This document shows, piece by piece, positions 17,960 to 25,412 of a stretch of DNA of 64,000 nt. Location: NCBI GenBank assembly GCA_944391515.1, contig CALXTW010000003.1, positions 9,102 through 73,101 on the forward strand, given 5' to 3'. The notes beneath the pieces are model-generated. The model was not told the origin of the DNA. It was given only the letters and a program-made list of their open reading frames with translations, and did not search any database. Source of the DNA: an uncultured Alphaproteobacteria bacterium (GTDB lineage Bacteria > Pseudomonadota > Alphaproteobacteria > RF32 > CAG-239). The first letter of the stretch is position 1; every line of letters starts with the position of its first letter. The position numbers were made by a program, and so were the translations under genes.

Positions 17960-17988
17960 TATGTAGCAAATTTTTTTTCGTTTGTCAA
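17960..17988 (-). promoter_or_regulatory. sigma70-type promoter candidate upstream of the leader terminator
   Basis: The minus strand reads TTGACA-N17-TACATA. The -35 overlaps the TGA stop of ORF 17985..18428. Confidence 0.45.
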
Positions 17989-18428
17989 GAACTTTTTCCT
18001 ACAATTTTTAATATTTTTTTATAAAGTTGCCACGGCGTATGGATGAAACAATCGTGTAACCCTATCACACGCTTGACAAATTCAACACAGGTAAAAAAAG
18101 ATAATGGTGCACATTTGAGTGGGGCTTGCGCTATATCTATCGGGCACAAAATCACATTGCGACTCCTTCGAATATAATCAGCAAAATCAAAAGTATCTGG
18201 ATATTCATAAATAAATATGGCCGTTTGATTTGACAGAGGATTAAGCTCGACCCAGAGCCCGCTTCCTCTAAGCTTTAATAAAATATAGCAGTGTCTAAAT
18301 CCGGGCTTGAGGAGTCTTAGCCACCACAAAGTGGTATTATCGGCAAAAACAACATAACATTGTTCACAAGCCTTAGGAGCAAATACATCTAGCCTCATAG
18401 AGTAATTATTCCCTTTGATAAGAGCCAC
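17985..18428 (-). CDS. phage-cluster early-region protein, unknown function
   Basis: 147-aa ORF. An alternative ATG at 18398 would overlap the upstream stop by 4 nt. Confidence 0.45.
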   Translation of the reverse strand: MALIKGNNYSMRLDVFAPKACEQCYVVFADNTTLWWLRLLKPGFRHCYILLKLRGSGLWVELNPLSNQTAIFIYEYPDTFDFADYIRRSRNVILCPIDIAQAPLKCAPLSFFTCVEFVKRVIGLHDCFIHTPWQLYKKILKIVGKSS

Positions 18429-18730
18429 CCTTCCAGCGCATGTAAACCTTCATCCCAGAGTCTGATTTCGCTCCTTTTGGCGCGATAGTGATAATAAGGC
18501 GAGCACTCAAGCTGCCCCCATTTAACCATCACACGGAGGTGGCGATTGGTAATTTGATGATTTAGCTTCATCTTCTTGATTATACGATAAATATCCGCTA
18601 CTTCACAATTTCTGATTTTTCCTTTGAAATCATTGCAAGAGCGTAAGCCTCCATCTCTTGCCATAATACAACCACAAAACCAAAACCAGACCTCTTCGGC
18701 GTTTTCAAATGGCTCAAAATCCTCTCGCAT
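18395..18730 (-). CDS. phage-cluster early-region protein, possible regulator
   Basis: 111-aa Cys/Trp/Arg-rich ORF. It is the first gene transcribed from the divergent control region. Confidence 0.45.
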   Translation of the reverse strand: MREDFEPFENAEEVWFWFCGCIMARDGGLRSCNDFKGKIRNCEVADIYRIIKKMKLNHQITNRHLRVMVKWGQLECSPYYHYRAKRSEIRLWDEGLHALEGWLLSKGIITL

Positions 18731-18759
18731 TTAGTAACCCCCAGTGTTGATATTCTATT

Positions 18760-18774
18760 TTAACTAATCGTTAA
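18760..18774. promoter_or_regulatory. TTAA-N7-TTAA (CtrA-type) motif in the cluster control region
   Basis: TTAACTAATCGTTAA lies just downstream of the candidate -10 of the minus-strand promoter. Confidence 0.35.
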
Positions 18775-18782
18775 CTTTATCT

Positions 18783-18810
18783 GTTATATATTAGGTTGTA
18801 GGAATTTCAA
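18783..18810 (-). promoter_or_regulatory. promoter candidate for the early ORFs of the cluster
   Basis: The minus strand reads TTGAAA-N16-TATAAC. Confidence 0.45.
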
Positions 18811-18822
18811 CATAAAAAAGAA

Positions 18823-18851
18823 TTGATTCCTAAGATTTTTTATTGTATAGT
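18823..18851 (+). promoter_or_regulatory. promoter candidate for the HTH/S24 regulator gene
   Basis: TTGATT-N17-TATAGT, about 40 nt upstream of the RBS TAAGGAGG. It lies back-to-back with the minus-strand promoter, with the two -35 boxes 12 bp apart. Confidence 0.5.
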
Positions 18852-18892
18852 AGTTTTACTCTCGCAAAAATCTGAGAAAATAAGGAGGAACA

Positions 18893-19513
18893 ATGCAATA
18901 TGAACAAGTTTGGGATGCTGTTGATAAGTTGGCAAAATTACACGGCTTAACCCCTTCAGGATTGGCTAAAAAAGCCGGTCTGGACGCCACAACTTTTAAT
19001 AAGAGCAAAAGAATTCGCAATGACGGGAAACAACGTTGGCCTTCCCTTGACAGCATTAATAAAATTTTGGAAGCCTGCAATGTCTCCTTTGAACAATTCT
19101 ATCAACTCATTGATGAAGATTTAGCCATTAAACCTGCAGGTATTCCCTTTATTACTTATTCGGATTTATCAACTAAAGCGACTATTAAAACATCTAAACT
19201 GGCTACAGAAAAGTGGGATAAGGTGCAATTTCCAGACAGCAGTGTAAACCTCTATGCCATTAATTTAGACACGACCGATTTTGAACCTCTTTACCGCAAA
19301 GGTTGCACTTTGGTGGCTACCAAAGATTTGGAAATCCGAAAAGGAGACCGCGTCATTGTACTTATGCAACAAGAGAAGCCTTTAATCAAAGAATTTAAGC
19401 ACCGGACAACATCTACAATTGTGTTTGGCGATATCTTAAATCCAAACCAAGAAGTCCAAGTGAAAATGACAGATATCAAGCTCATTAACCGAATCGTTTG
19501 GGCTGAACAATAA
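18893..19513 (+). CDS. HTH transcriptional regulator with C-terminal peptidase-S24-like (LexA/CI-type) domain
   Basis: The N-terminus ...LAKLHGLTPSGLAKKAGLDATTFNKSKR...RWPSLDSINKIL matches an alphaproteobacterial repressor-like family as I remember it. The C-terminus (...KGDRVIVLMQ...LIKEFK...) fits an S24 fold. Confidence 0.7.
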   Translation: MQYEQVWDAVDKLAKLHGLTPSGLAKKAGLDATTFNKSKRIRNDGKQRWPSLDSINKILEACNVSFEQFYQLIDEDLAIKPAGIPFITYSDLSTKATIKTSKLATEKWDKVQFPDSSVNLYAINLDTTDFEPLYRKGCTLVATKDLEIRKGDRVIVLMQQEKPLIKEFKHRTTSTIVFGDILNPNQEVQVKMTDIKLINRIVWAEQ

Positions 19514-19740
19514 TGGATAATTTTCAATATTACTTGCATGCCGATTCTTGCAATTTATACGAAAATGAGCTCAGATTTGATGTTCTGCCCAATCATTTTG
19601 AGCTCACTTTTTCGATAGATAAAATCTGTTTTAACTTAACCAGAGATTTGGCTAAGCGGAGATTTAAATCTGACGAGAGCCTGAAACTAGAAAAATACCT
19701 GCGTTTGTATCGGGACTATGCTTTAGCTCATAAATCATAG
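19513..19740 (+). CDS. small hypothetical protein coupled to the regulator gene
   Basis: 75-aa ORF whose ATG overlaps the regulator's TAA (TAATG). Confidence 0.4.
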   Translation: MDNFQYYLHADSCNLYENELRFDVLPNHFELTFSIDKICFNLTRDLAKRRFKSDESLKLEKYLRLYRDYALAHKS

Positions 19741-20241
19741 TTGGCATTCTAACTTTGAGAGCACTCTCTCTAGTTGAATAACTGCTTCTTCCGGCGGTAA
19801 CGACAAGTTCAACTTGTATTTATTATCAAGCAAGCATGTTCCGCTCTTCTCGTCATACTGACAGTAAGGCGTGGAGAAACTTTGCCCGTAAACATCCGAA
19901 TCATCAATATGAATATCTATTTGATATTTTTTACAAAATTTGGCTTTAGCCGTGTTCCATAATTTATCATCAATGTGAAAACTTCCATCCGGGAAAAAAC
20001 AAATTTCTCCTTTGGCTGCATAATAATCCATTATGGCAAACAGCTCATTATAGCAAATTCCCCACCCCTTTAAAAAACAGGATATTTTCTCTGCCGGACC
20101 TCCGGTTATTACATATATCTTGTGTCCGCGCGAGGTAGCAACGGCCGTGAAATCTTTAAAATACGAAGGATGACGATTAATCACGCCATGAAAATCTAAT
20201 CCTATTTTTAAAGAATGCTCAGTTGTCATTACCTGTTCCAA
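19735..20241 (-). CDS. hypothetical protein, weakly HAD-like
   Basis: GLDFHGVI... at the N-terminus and IHIDDS later resemble HAD motifs, but the first motif is not canonical. The start could be 20229. Confidence 0.35.
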   Translation of the reverse strand: MEQVMTTEHSLKIGLDFHGVINRHPSYFKDFTAVATSRGHKIYVITGGPAEKISCFLKGWGICYNELFAIMDYYAAKGEICFFPDGSFHIDDKLWNTAKAKFCKKYQIDIHIDDSDVYGQSFSTPYCQYDEKSGTCLLDNKYKLNLSLPPEEAVIQLERVLSKLECQL

Positions 20242-23200
20242 ACAATTCGTTTAACTTATCTTTTAGTGAGCTCGGACTTAATGCCGATAATGGATTGATG
20301 TTGACATCTGCATCGTCTAAATTACCAGTTACCGCATAGTTTGCGGCAAAAACAGTGCCGTCTTTTCCTACCAACAAACTGCCCACAAAAGGAATTCTGC
20401 CCAACATGGTATTCAGACTATATGCCGGAGCTATCACTCCATTGATATTCATATCATCAAATCGGCGGTCATAAGTTCCTGTAGCGGTGATTCCAACAAC
20501 ATCGCCAAAAGCTTTTGCGTCTTTGAGGCGGAGTTGTTTGTTTTGGTACTCAAACGGGGCATCCAGATGTGAGAACTTTAATCCCTCTCCTTTTAATAAA
20601 TCTACCATACCGCTGAATGAGGCAACAGTCAGCAATTTGGCTATAACCGGAGTGTTATAAATGCTAAAGTTGCGAATCTTGGCATGACCGACGAATGTTT
20701 TATCTTTTGTGCGGCGAGCCTCTATTTGAACAATACCATTTTGCATATTGTCATATACTCGTAAGGCTTTAAGTGTCGCTCCGGCATCATTACTATCTAC
20801 TGAAAGCAAAAACTCATTATTTGGGCGTGGAACATAATCAAACTTGATACGTTTTTGTTGATTATTACTAAAGTTTCCTATCAAGTGAATTTCGTTTACC
20901 CCAATACCGTTTCTGAGCTGAGCCGAACCTGCAAAATTGGTTATCGGCATTGTGGGATTGGTCCAGAGGCTGTTTACGGCAATAAATACATCAGTATCTG
21001 TGACTTTTTCTAACTCATCGTCTTTTTCGGTGCTGGCAACTACCGTATTTTTATCTATCTTGATTTTATTCTCATTTCTTTCAAAAAACGGCGTTAAATC
21101 ATAGCTCGTTCCAGAAACGTTTATCTTGACTTTTTTCTTTGGATCATAACTAAAATCTATTCTGGCTTTGGCCGCCGTTTTGGGGCCTTTTATCTCGCTG
21201 ATATCAACCGTTTTCATGTTACCTTGCTCTGTGAGCTCAACTTTGCCCGAAACTCTAAAATCATCCTTAAAAAGAGAAAATTGAGGAATCGAGACCAACT
21301 TATTGTTATATAAATCCAAATTCATGGTTAAGTTGCCGGACTCATTCAACTCTTTCTTAAAACCTAGGAAAGAAAAATCTACCAGCATCTTATCGAGTTG
21401 AGCATTCAGACTAACTGAGGTTCTGGAAGAATCGTAAACAGTAATTTCAGAATCTATCATCGCATAGCCATCTACATAAGGAGGATTCAAAATTGAAGAA
21501 TCAACTCCTAAGGTTTGTCTGGCTGCATTGTTGAATTTAAATGCCAATTTATAACGACTTTGATATTTCTTGGCTAAGAAATTTTCATTCCATTTCAGTT
21601 GTAAAGGAATATTTTCAAGCTTGGCATCACCTGTTAAAGATAGGCCTTGATTATTCACCTCCAACTTTAAGGCATCCGCTGATAATGTTTTATTTTGAAA
21701 GGCTTTCGGAAATACAACATTTTTTAAATCAGACAAAACGCTTACTTTAACTTCATCCGTGCCTAGGTCATTTTTTAATTCAAAATCTAATTTTAGCTTG
21801 GTATCGGCTTCGCCATTTATCGCATCTGGTTTCAAACCCATTTCCGATGTATAGCCTAACGGCGGATTATCAATTAAGCGCAAGGCATCACTCACACTGG
21901 AATTTAATTCCAAATCAATATCGGCATAATTATTATATTTATCTAAATCATAAAGGCGAACATAGCCCCCCGTTAAAATAACTCCTTTAGATACACCTTT
22001 ATCAACATCTATTTTTATCGTGTCTTTACTAAAGTGAGCTTGACCATACAAATTGGCAATATCTGGCATTCCTCGCAGATAATTCAAATTTGTATCAATA
22101 ATTTTTCCTTGCCCATCCAAATCGGTTAAGCCAAAGGATTTTGTTTTTTCATCCCAACCAAAGGTGAAAGCAAATTTCGCATCTGTTATTTTTCCGCCAT
22201 AGAGGCTGTCTTCACACCAGCTCCAAGCATCTTCAGAAATGTATTTCGGCCAATATTTATAGAGGTCATCAAACTTCATTTCTTTGATTGAAGTAGAAAC
22301 TTTTACCTTTAAATCCTTAAGAGAGCCGGCCAACAGATATTGCTTAAACCCGTTTAATTCGACATCAATTTTGGCTTTTTGCTTACCTAAGTCAAAACTG
22401 GCATTATTAATTCGAATATTATTCAAGCCACCGTTTATATCACCTTCCAATAAAAAGGCTGAAACATCATAATTATACTCTGAATTCTCATTAAAGATGA
22501 TGTTGCCTTGTCCGCCTTCAAACTGAAAAGCAATTTTTTCAAATGCCGTATCAACACTGGTCATAATGTTGTTTTTGTGTTTTATAACCTCATTGAAATC
22601 TATCAGTGTTGAAATGCGACCATTGACGGGTAAATTTATTTTATAGAGTTCTTTGGCTGTTTTGGGCTCCAGAAATGTTTCGGCTAAAGCATCAGGAACC
22701 AAGTCAGAAAAATAAAAATCTAATGCCAACTTGTTGTTTAAGGTACGATATTCCCCTTCAAGTCCTACGGAGGCTATTTGATTGCGCAATTTTATCAGAG
22801 CGTTTACTTCTGTCGTGATATTCGTCAAATTGCGCTCTAAATGATAATTCACATCCGTAAATACCCATTTGCGTCCCAAATCAACTTCATGCAATTCAAC
22901 CGCTGCATTACGAATCGATACCTCATTAATATAACTTTCTGGATACAGATTATCGTTGGAATTAAAGCGCTCGATAAAATCCTCAAAGCCATCAAAATAA
23001 TAGGCGATTTTTTTCTGATTTACTTCCTCGGTTTTAGTCTTATCTACTCCGTAAGTGTTAAAGATATAAACACTCGGATTATTAACGACCATGGAACTCG
23101 GCGCAATGACCCCTCTTAATAAGGCTCTGATACTAAAAGATACTGATGTCTTTGGCGCATTAATTATTAAACTTTCATCTGCTTTTTTATAAACGACATT

Positions 23201-23443
23201 ATTCGCGATAATTTTTATCGGCTGAATTGAACGAACCAACTCAATATTTACACTTTCAACACTAACATGATACTGCGCATCATCATGATTTAGTGCTCGA
23301 ATAATATAGGGTTTTAAAAACGGTAATTCTATCGGTCCGCGATAAAGTTGCCAGATAAACAGCAACAGCAGACTGAGAAATACCACCCCTGTGTAGTCAA
23401 TGATTTTTTGGGTGATGTATAATTTAGTCGAGACTTTCTTCAT
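20219..23443 (-). CDS. AsmA-like / YhdP-family large envelope protein (DUF3971-type)
   Basis: 1074 aa with an N-terminal TM anchor and a long beta-rich body. The conserved C-terminus ...GVIAPAYSLNTMLGRIPFVGSLLVGKDGTVFAANYAVTG is typical of AsmA-like proteins. Confidence 0.7.
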   Translation of the reverse strand: MKKVSTKLYITQKIIDYTGVVFLSLLLLFIWQLYRGPIELPFLKPYIIRALNHDDAQYHVSVESVNIELVRSIQPIKIIANNVVYKKADESLIINAPKTSVSFSIRALLRGVIAPSSMVVNNPSVYIFNTYGVDKTKTEEVNQKKIAYYFDGFEDFIERFNSNDNLYPESYINEVSIRNAAVELHEVDLGRKWVFTDVNYHLERNLTNITTEVNALIKLRNQIASVGLEGEYRTLNNKLALDFYFSDLVPDALAETFLEPKTAKELYKINLPVNGRISTLIDFNEVIKHKNNIMTSVDTAFEKIAFQFEGGQGNIIFNENSEYNYDVSAFLLEGDINGGLNNIRINNASFDLGKQKAKIDVELNGFKQYLLAGSLKDLKVKVSTSIKEMKFDDLYKYWPKYISEDAWSWCEDSLYGGKITDAKFAFTFGWDEKTKSFGLTDLDGQGKIIDTNLNYLRGMPDIANLYGQAHFSKDTIKIDVDKGVSKGVILTGGYVRLYDLDKYNNYADIDLELNSSVSDALRLIDNPPLGYTSEMGLKPDAINGEADTKLKLDFELKNDLGTDEVKVSVLSDLKNVVFPKAFQNKTLSADALKLEVNNQGLSLTGDAKLENIPLQLKWNENFLAKKYQSRYKLAFKFNNAARQTLGVDSSILNPPYVDGYAMIDSEITVYDSSRTSVSLNAQLDKMLVDFSFLGFKKELNESGNLTMNLDLYNNKLVSIPQFSLFKDDFRVSGKVELTEQGNMKTVDISEIKGPKTAAKARIDFSYDPKKKVKINVSGTSYDLTPFFERNENKIKIDKNTVVASTEKDDELEKVTDTDVFIAVNSLWTNPTMPITNFAGSAQLRNGIGVNEIHLIGNFSNNQQKRIKFDYVPRPNNEFLLSVDSNDAGATLKALRVYDNMQNGIVQIEARRTKDKTFVGHAKIRNFSIYNTPVIAKLLTVASFSGMVDLLKGEGLKFSHLDAPFEYQNKQLRLKDAKAFGDVVGITATGTYDRRFDDMNINGVIAPAYSLNTMLGRIPFVGSLLVGKDGTVFAANYAVTGNLDDADVNINPLSALSPSSLKDKLNELFGTGNDN

Positions 23444-24302
23444 TGACCTTTAACCACCCTTTTTCATTAGCCTTCATCCAACTTAAAACATCCAAGTCAT
23501 TGCGGAAATTAAACAAATTGCTGTGCTTGCCATTTTCATAAATAATTATCTGTTTGGGCTCTGAGGCATAATTATACAGATTTTGCGCCAAAACTACCGG
23601 AACTGTCGTGTCTATGCTTCCGCCCATAATCAGAATCGGGGAGTTAATCCCTCCAATCATGGATAAATTATCATATTTATCGCGCATGATTGCCTCAAAA
23701 GGCATCGGAACCGGAACGACCAATTTGGCAACATTAAGCAGGCTATCAAACGGTACTTCCAAAATCAGACCGGCAAACGGATGCTTCTTTTTTTGTAATT
23801 GATAGACACTGTTGACAGCCATGTGCGAACCTAAAGACATTCCGTAAACATAAATATCTTCATTTTCATAGCCTTGTGAGTGAAGATATTGAACGGCGGC
23901 AATGGCATCATTTTCCAAGTTGGTTTGCGTGATAGTACCGGAAAGGCCTCCGAAGCCTCGATATTCGGGCAAGAATGTACCATAACCGGCTTGCTCAAAG
24001 GTTTTTAATTTATGATAGAATTCTTCAATATTATAAGAATTTCCATGCATAAAAATCACCACCTTATTTTGACCGGAATGAGGCTTGGTGTACCACGCAA
24101 ACAAAGGGGTACCGTCTGCGGAATTATAGGTTACTTCACGTGCGGGATAGCCATATTTATGAGCGTGTGTAATATCCGATGGTGTGGATGAGGGATTATA
24201 AAAGAAAAGTTGCGGAACCACCAATACCAATCCACAAGTCAAAAGATAAGCTCCGGCAAAAAGCCCTAAAAGCCAACAACCGATTTTTTTTAATAATTCC
24301 AT
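23424..24302 (-). CDS. membrane-anchored alpha/beta hydrolase
   Basis: N-terminal TM segment, HGNS oxyanion region and nucleophile elbow GMSLGS. Its ATG overlaps the prfB stop (TAATG). Confidence 0.7.
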   Translation of the reverse strand: MELLKKIGCWLLGLFAGAYLLTCGLVLVVPQLFFYNPSSTPSDITHAHKYGYPAREVTYNSADGTPLFAWYTKPHSGQNKVVIFMHGNSYNIEEFYHKLKTFEQAGYGTFLPEYRGFGGLSGTITQTNLENDAIAAVQYLHSQGYENEDIYVYGMSLGSHMAVNSVYQLQKKKHPFAGLILEVPFDSLLNVAKLVVPVPMPFEAIMRDKYDNLSMIGGINSPILIMGGSIDTTVPVVLAQNLYNYASEPKQIIIYENGKHSNLFNFRNDLDVLSWMKANEKGWLKVNEESLD

Positions 24303-25403
24303 TATTTCCCCACTTTGGCTGCTAATGCCGCCGATAAAAACAAATCAATATCTCCATCCAAAACCGCTTTGGTATCTGATGTTTCGGCATCGGTTCGCAA
24401 GTCTTTAACCATTTTATAGGGTTGCAAGACATAAGAACGAATTTGGTTGCCCCAGCCGTTATCTCCCTGAGCATCTCGTATGCCTTGAGCTTCGGCTTCG
24501 CGTTTTTTTAACTCAATTTCATAAAGACGTGCTTTCAACATTTTCCATGCGGCATCTCGGTTTTGAAATTGCGAACGCTGGGTTTGACAAGAGACTACTA
24601 TGCCGGTCGGAATATGGGTAATTCGAACGGCAGAATCGGTTTTGTTAATATGTTGTCCGCCGGCACCTGACGCACGATAAGTATCTATGCGGCAATCGGC
24701 TTCATTGATTTCGATGTGAATTTCATCATCAATTACCGGATAAACCCCTACCGAGGCAAAGCTGGTATGACGGCGAGCATTGCTGTCAAAAGGTGAAATG
24801 CGAACCAAACGATGTACACCGCTTTCGGATTTGAGCCAACCGTAAGCATTGTGTCCGCAAATTTTGATTGTGGCGGATTTTAGCCCTGCAACATCGCCTT
24901 CGGTTTCTTCGACATACTCTACCTTATAATGATGGTCTTCTGCCCAGCGGGTGTACATTCTAAGCAACATCTCTGCCCAATCTTGTGCCTCAGTTCCGCC
25001 ACTGCCGGAGTGGACTTCCAAGAAAGCATCATTCGCATCGACTTCGCCGCAAAGGAGTGCTTCCAGCTCACCTCTTTTGGTTTGCTCCTTGAGGTGGTTG
25101 AGTTGCTGCAAGCATTCTTGAATGGTGGTTTCATCATTCTCGGATTCAGCCATTTCTGCCAAATCAGATAAATCCTGAAGGTTACGTTCCATCTCTTGGA
25201 AGTTAGTTAAATTTTCTTCCAAGGTGTTTTTTTCACTCATCAGCTTTTGAGCTTTGGCGGCATCATTCCACAAATTAGGATCTGAACTGAGAGAGGTTAA
25301 TTCATCCAAACGAATAAGTGCGTTGTCGTAGTCAAAGAGACCTCCTCAGCAGCTCCAATGACTGCTTGATATCATCAATTATCTCCACTAATTCTGCGCG
25401 CAT
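24302..25403 (-). CDS. prfB: peptide chain release factor 2, with programmed +1 ribosomal frameshift
   Basis: Frame 0 runs 25403..25335 (MRAELVEIIDDIKQSLELLRRSL) and ends in CTT TGA C, preceded by AGGAGG. Skipping T 25334 joins it to 25333..24302 (DYDNALIRLDEL...). SPF and GGQ motifs are present. The total is ~366 aa. Confidence 0.95.
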
Positions 25404-25412
25404 TTGTCTTTC

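Larger units (their letters stand above)
8161..18730 (-). mobile_element. T7-supergroup-like packaging/head/tail-tube gene cluster (prophage remnant or domesticated phage-derived element)
   Basis: Contiguous minus-strand ORFs for terminase, lysis proteins, portal, scaffold, capsid, adaptor and nozzle. No integrase, replication, core or fibre genes. Core genes lie on both sides. Confidence 0.75.
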
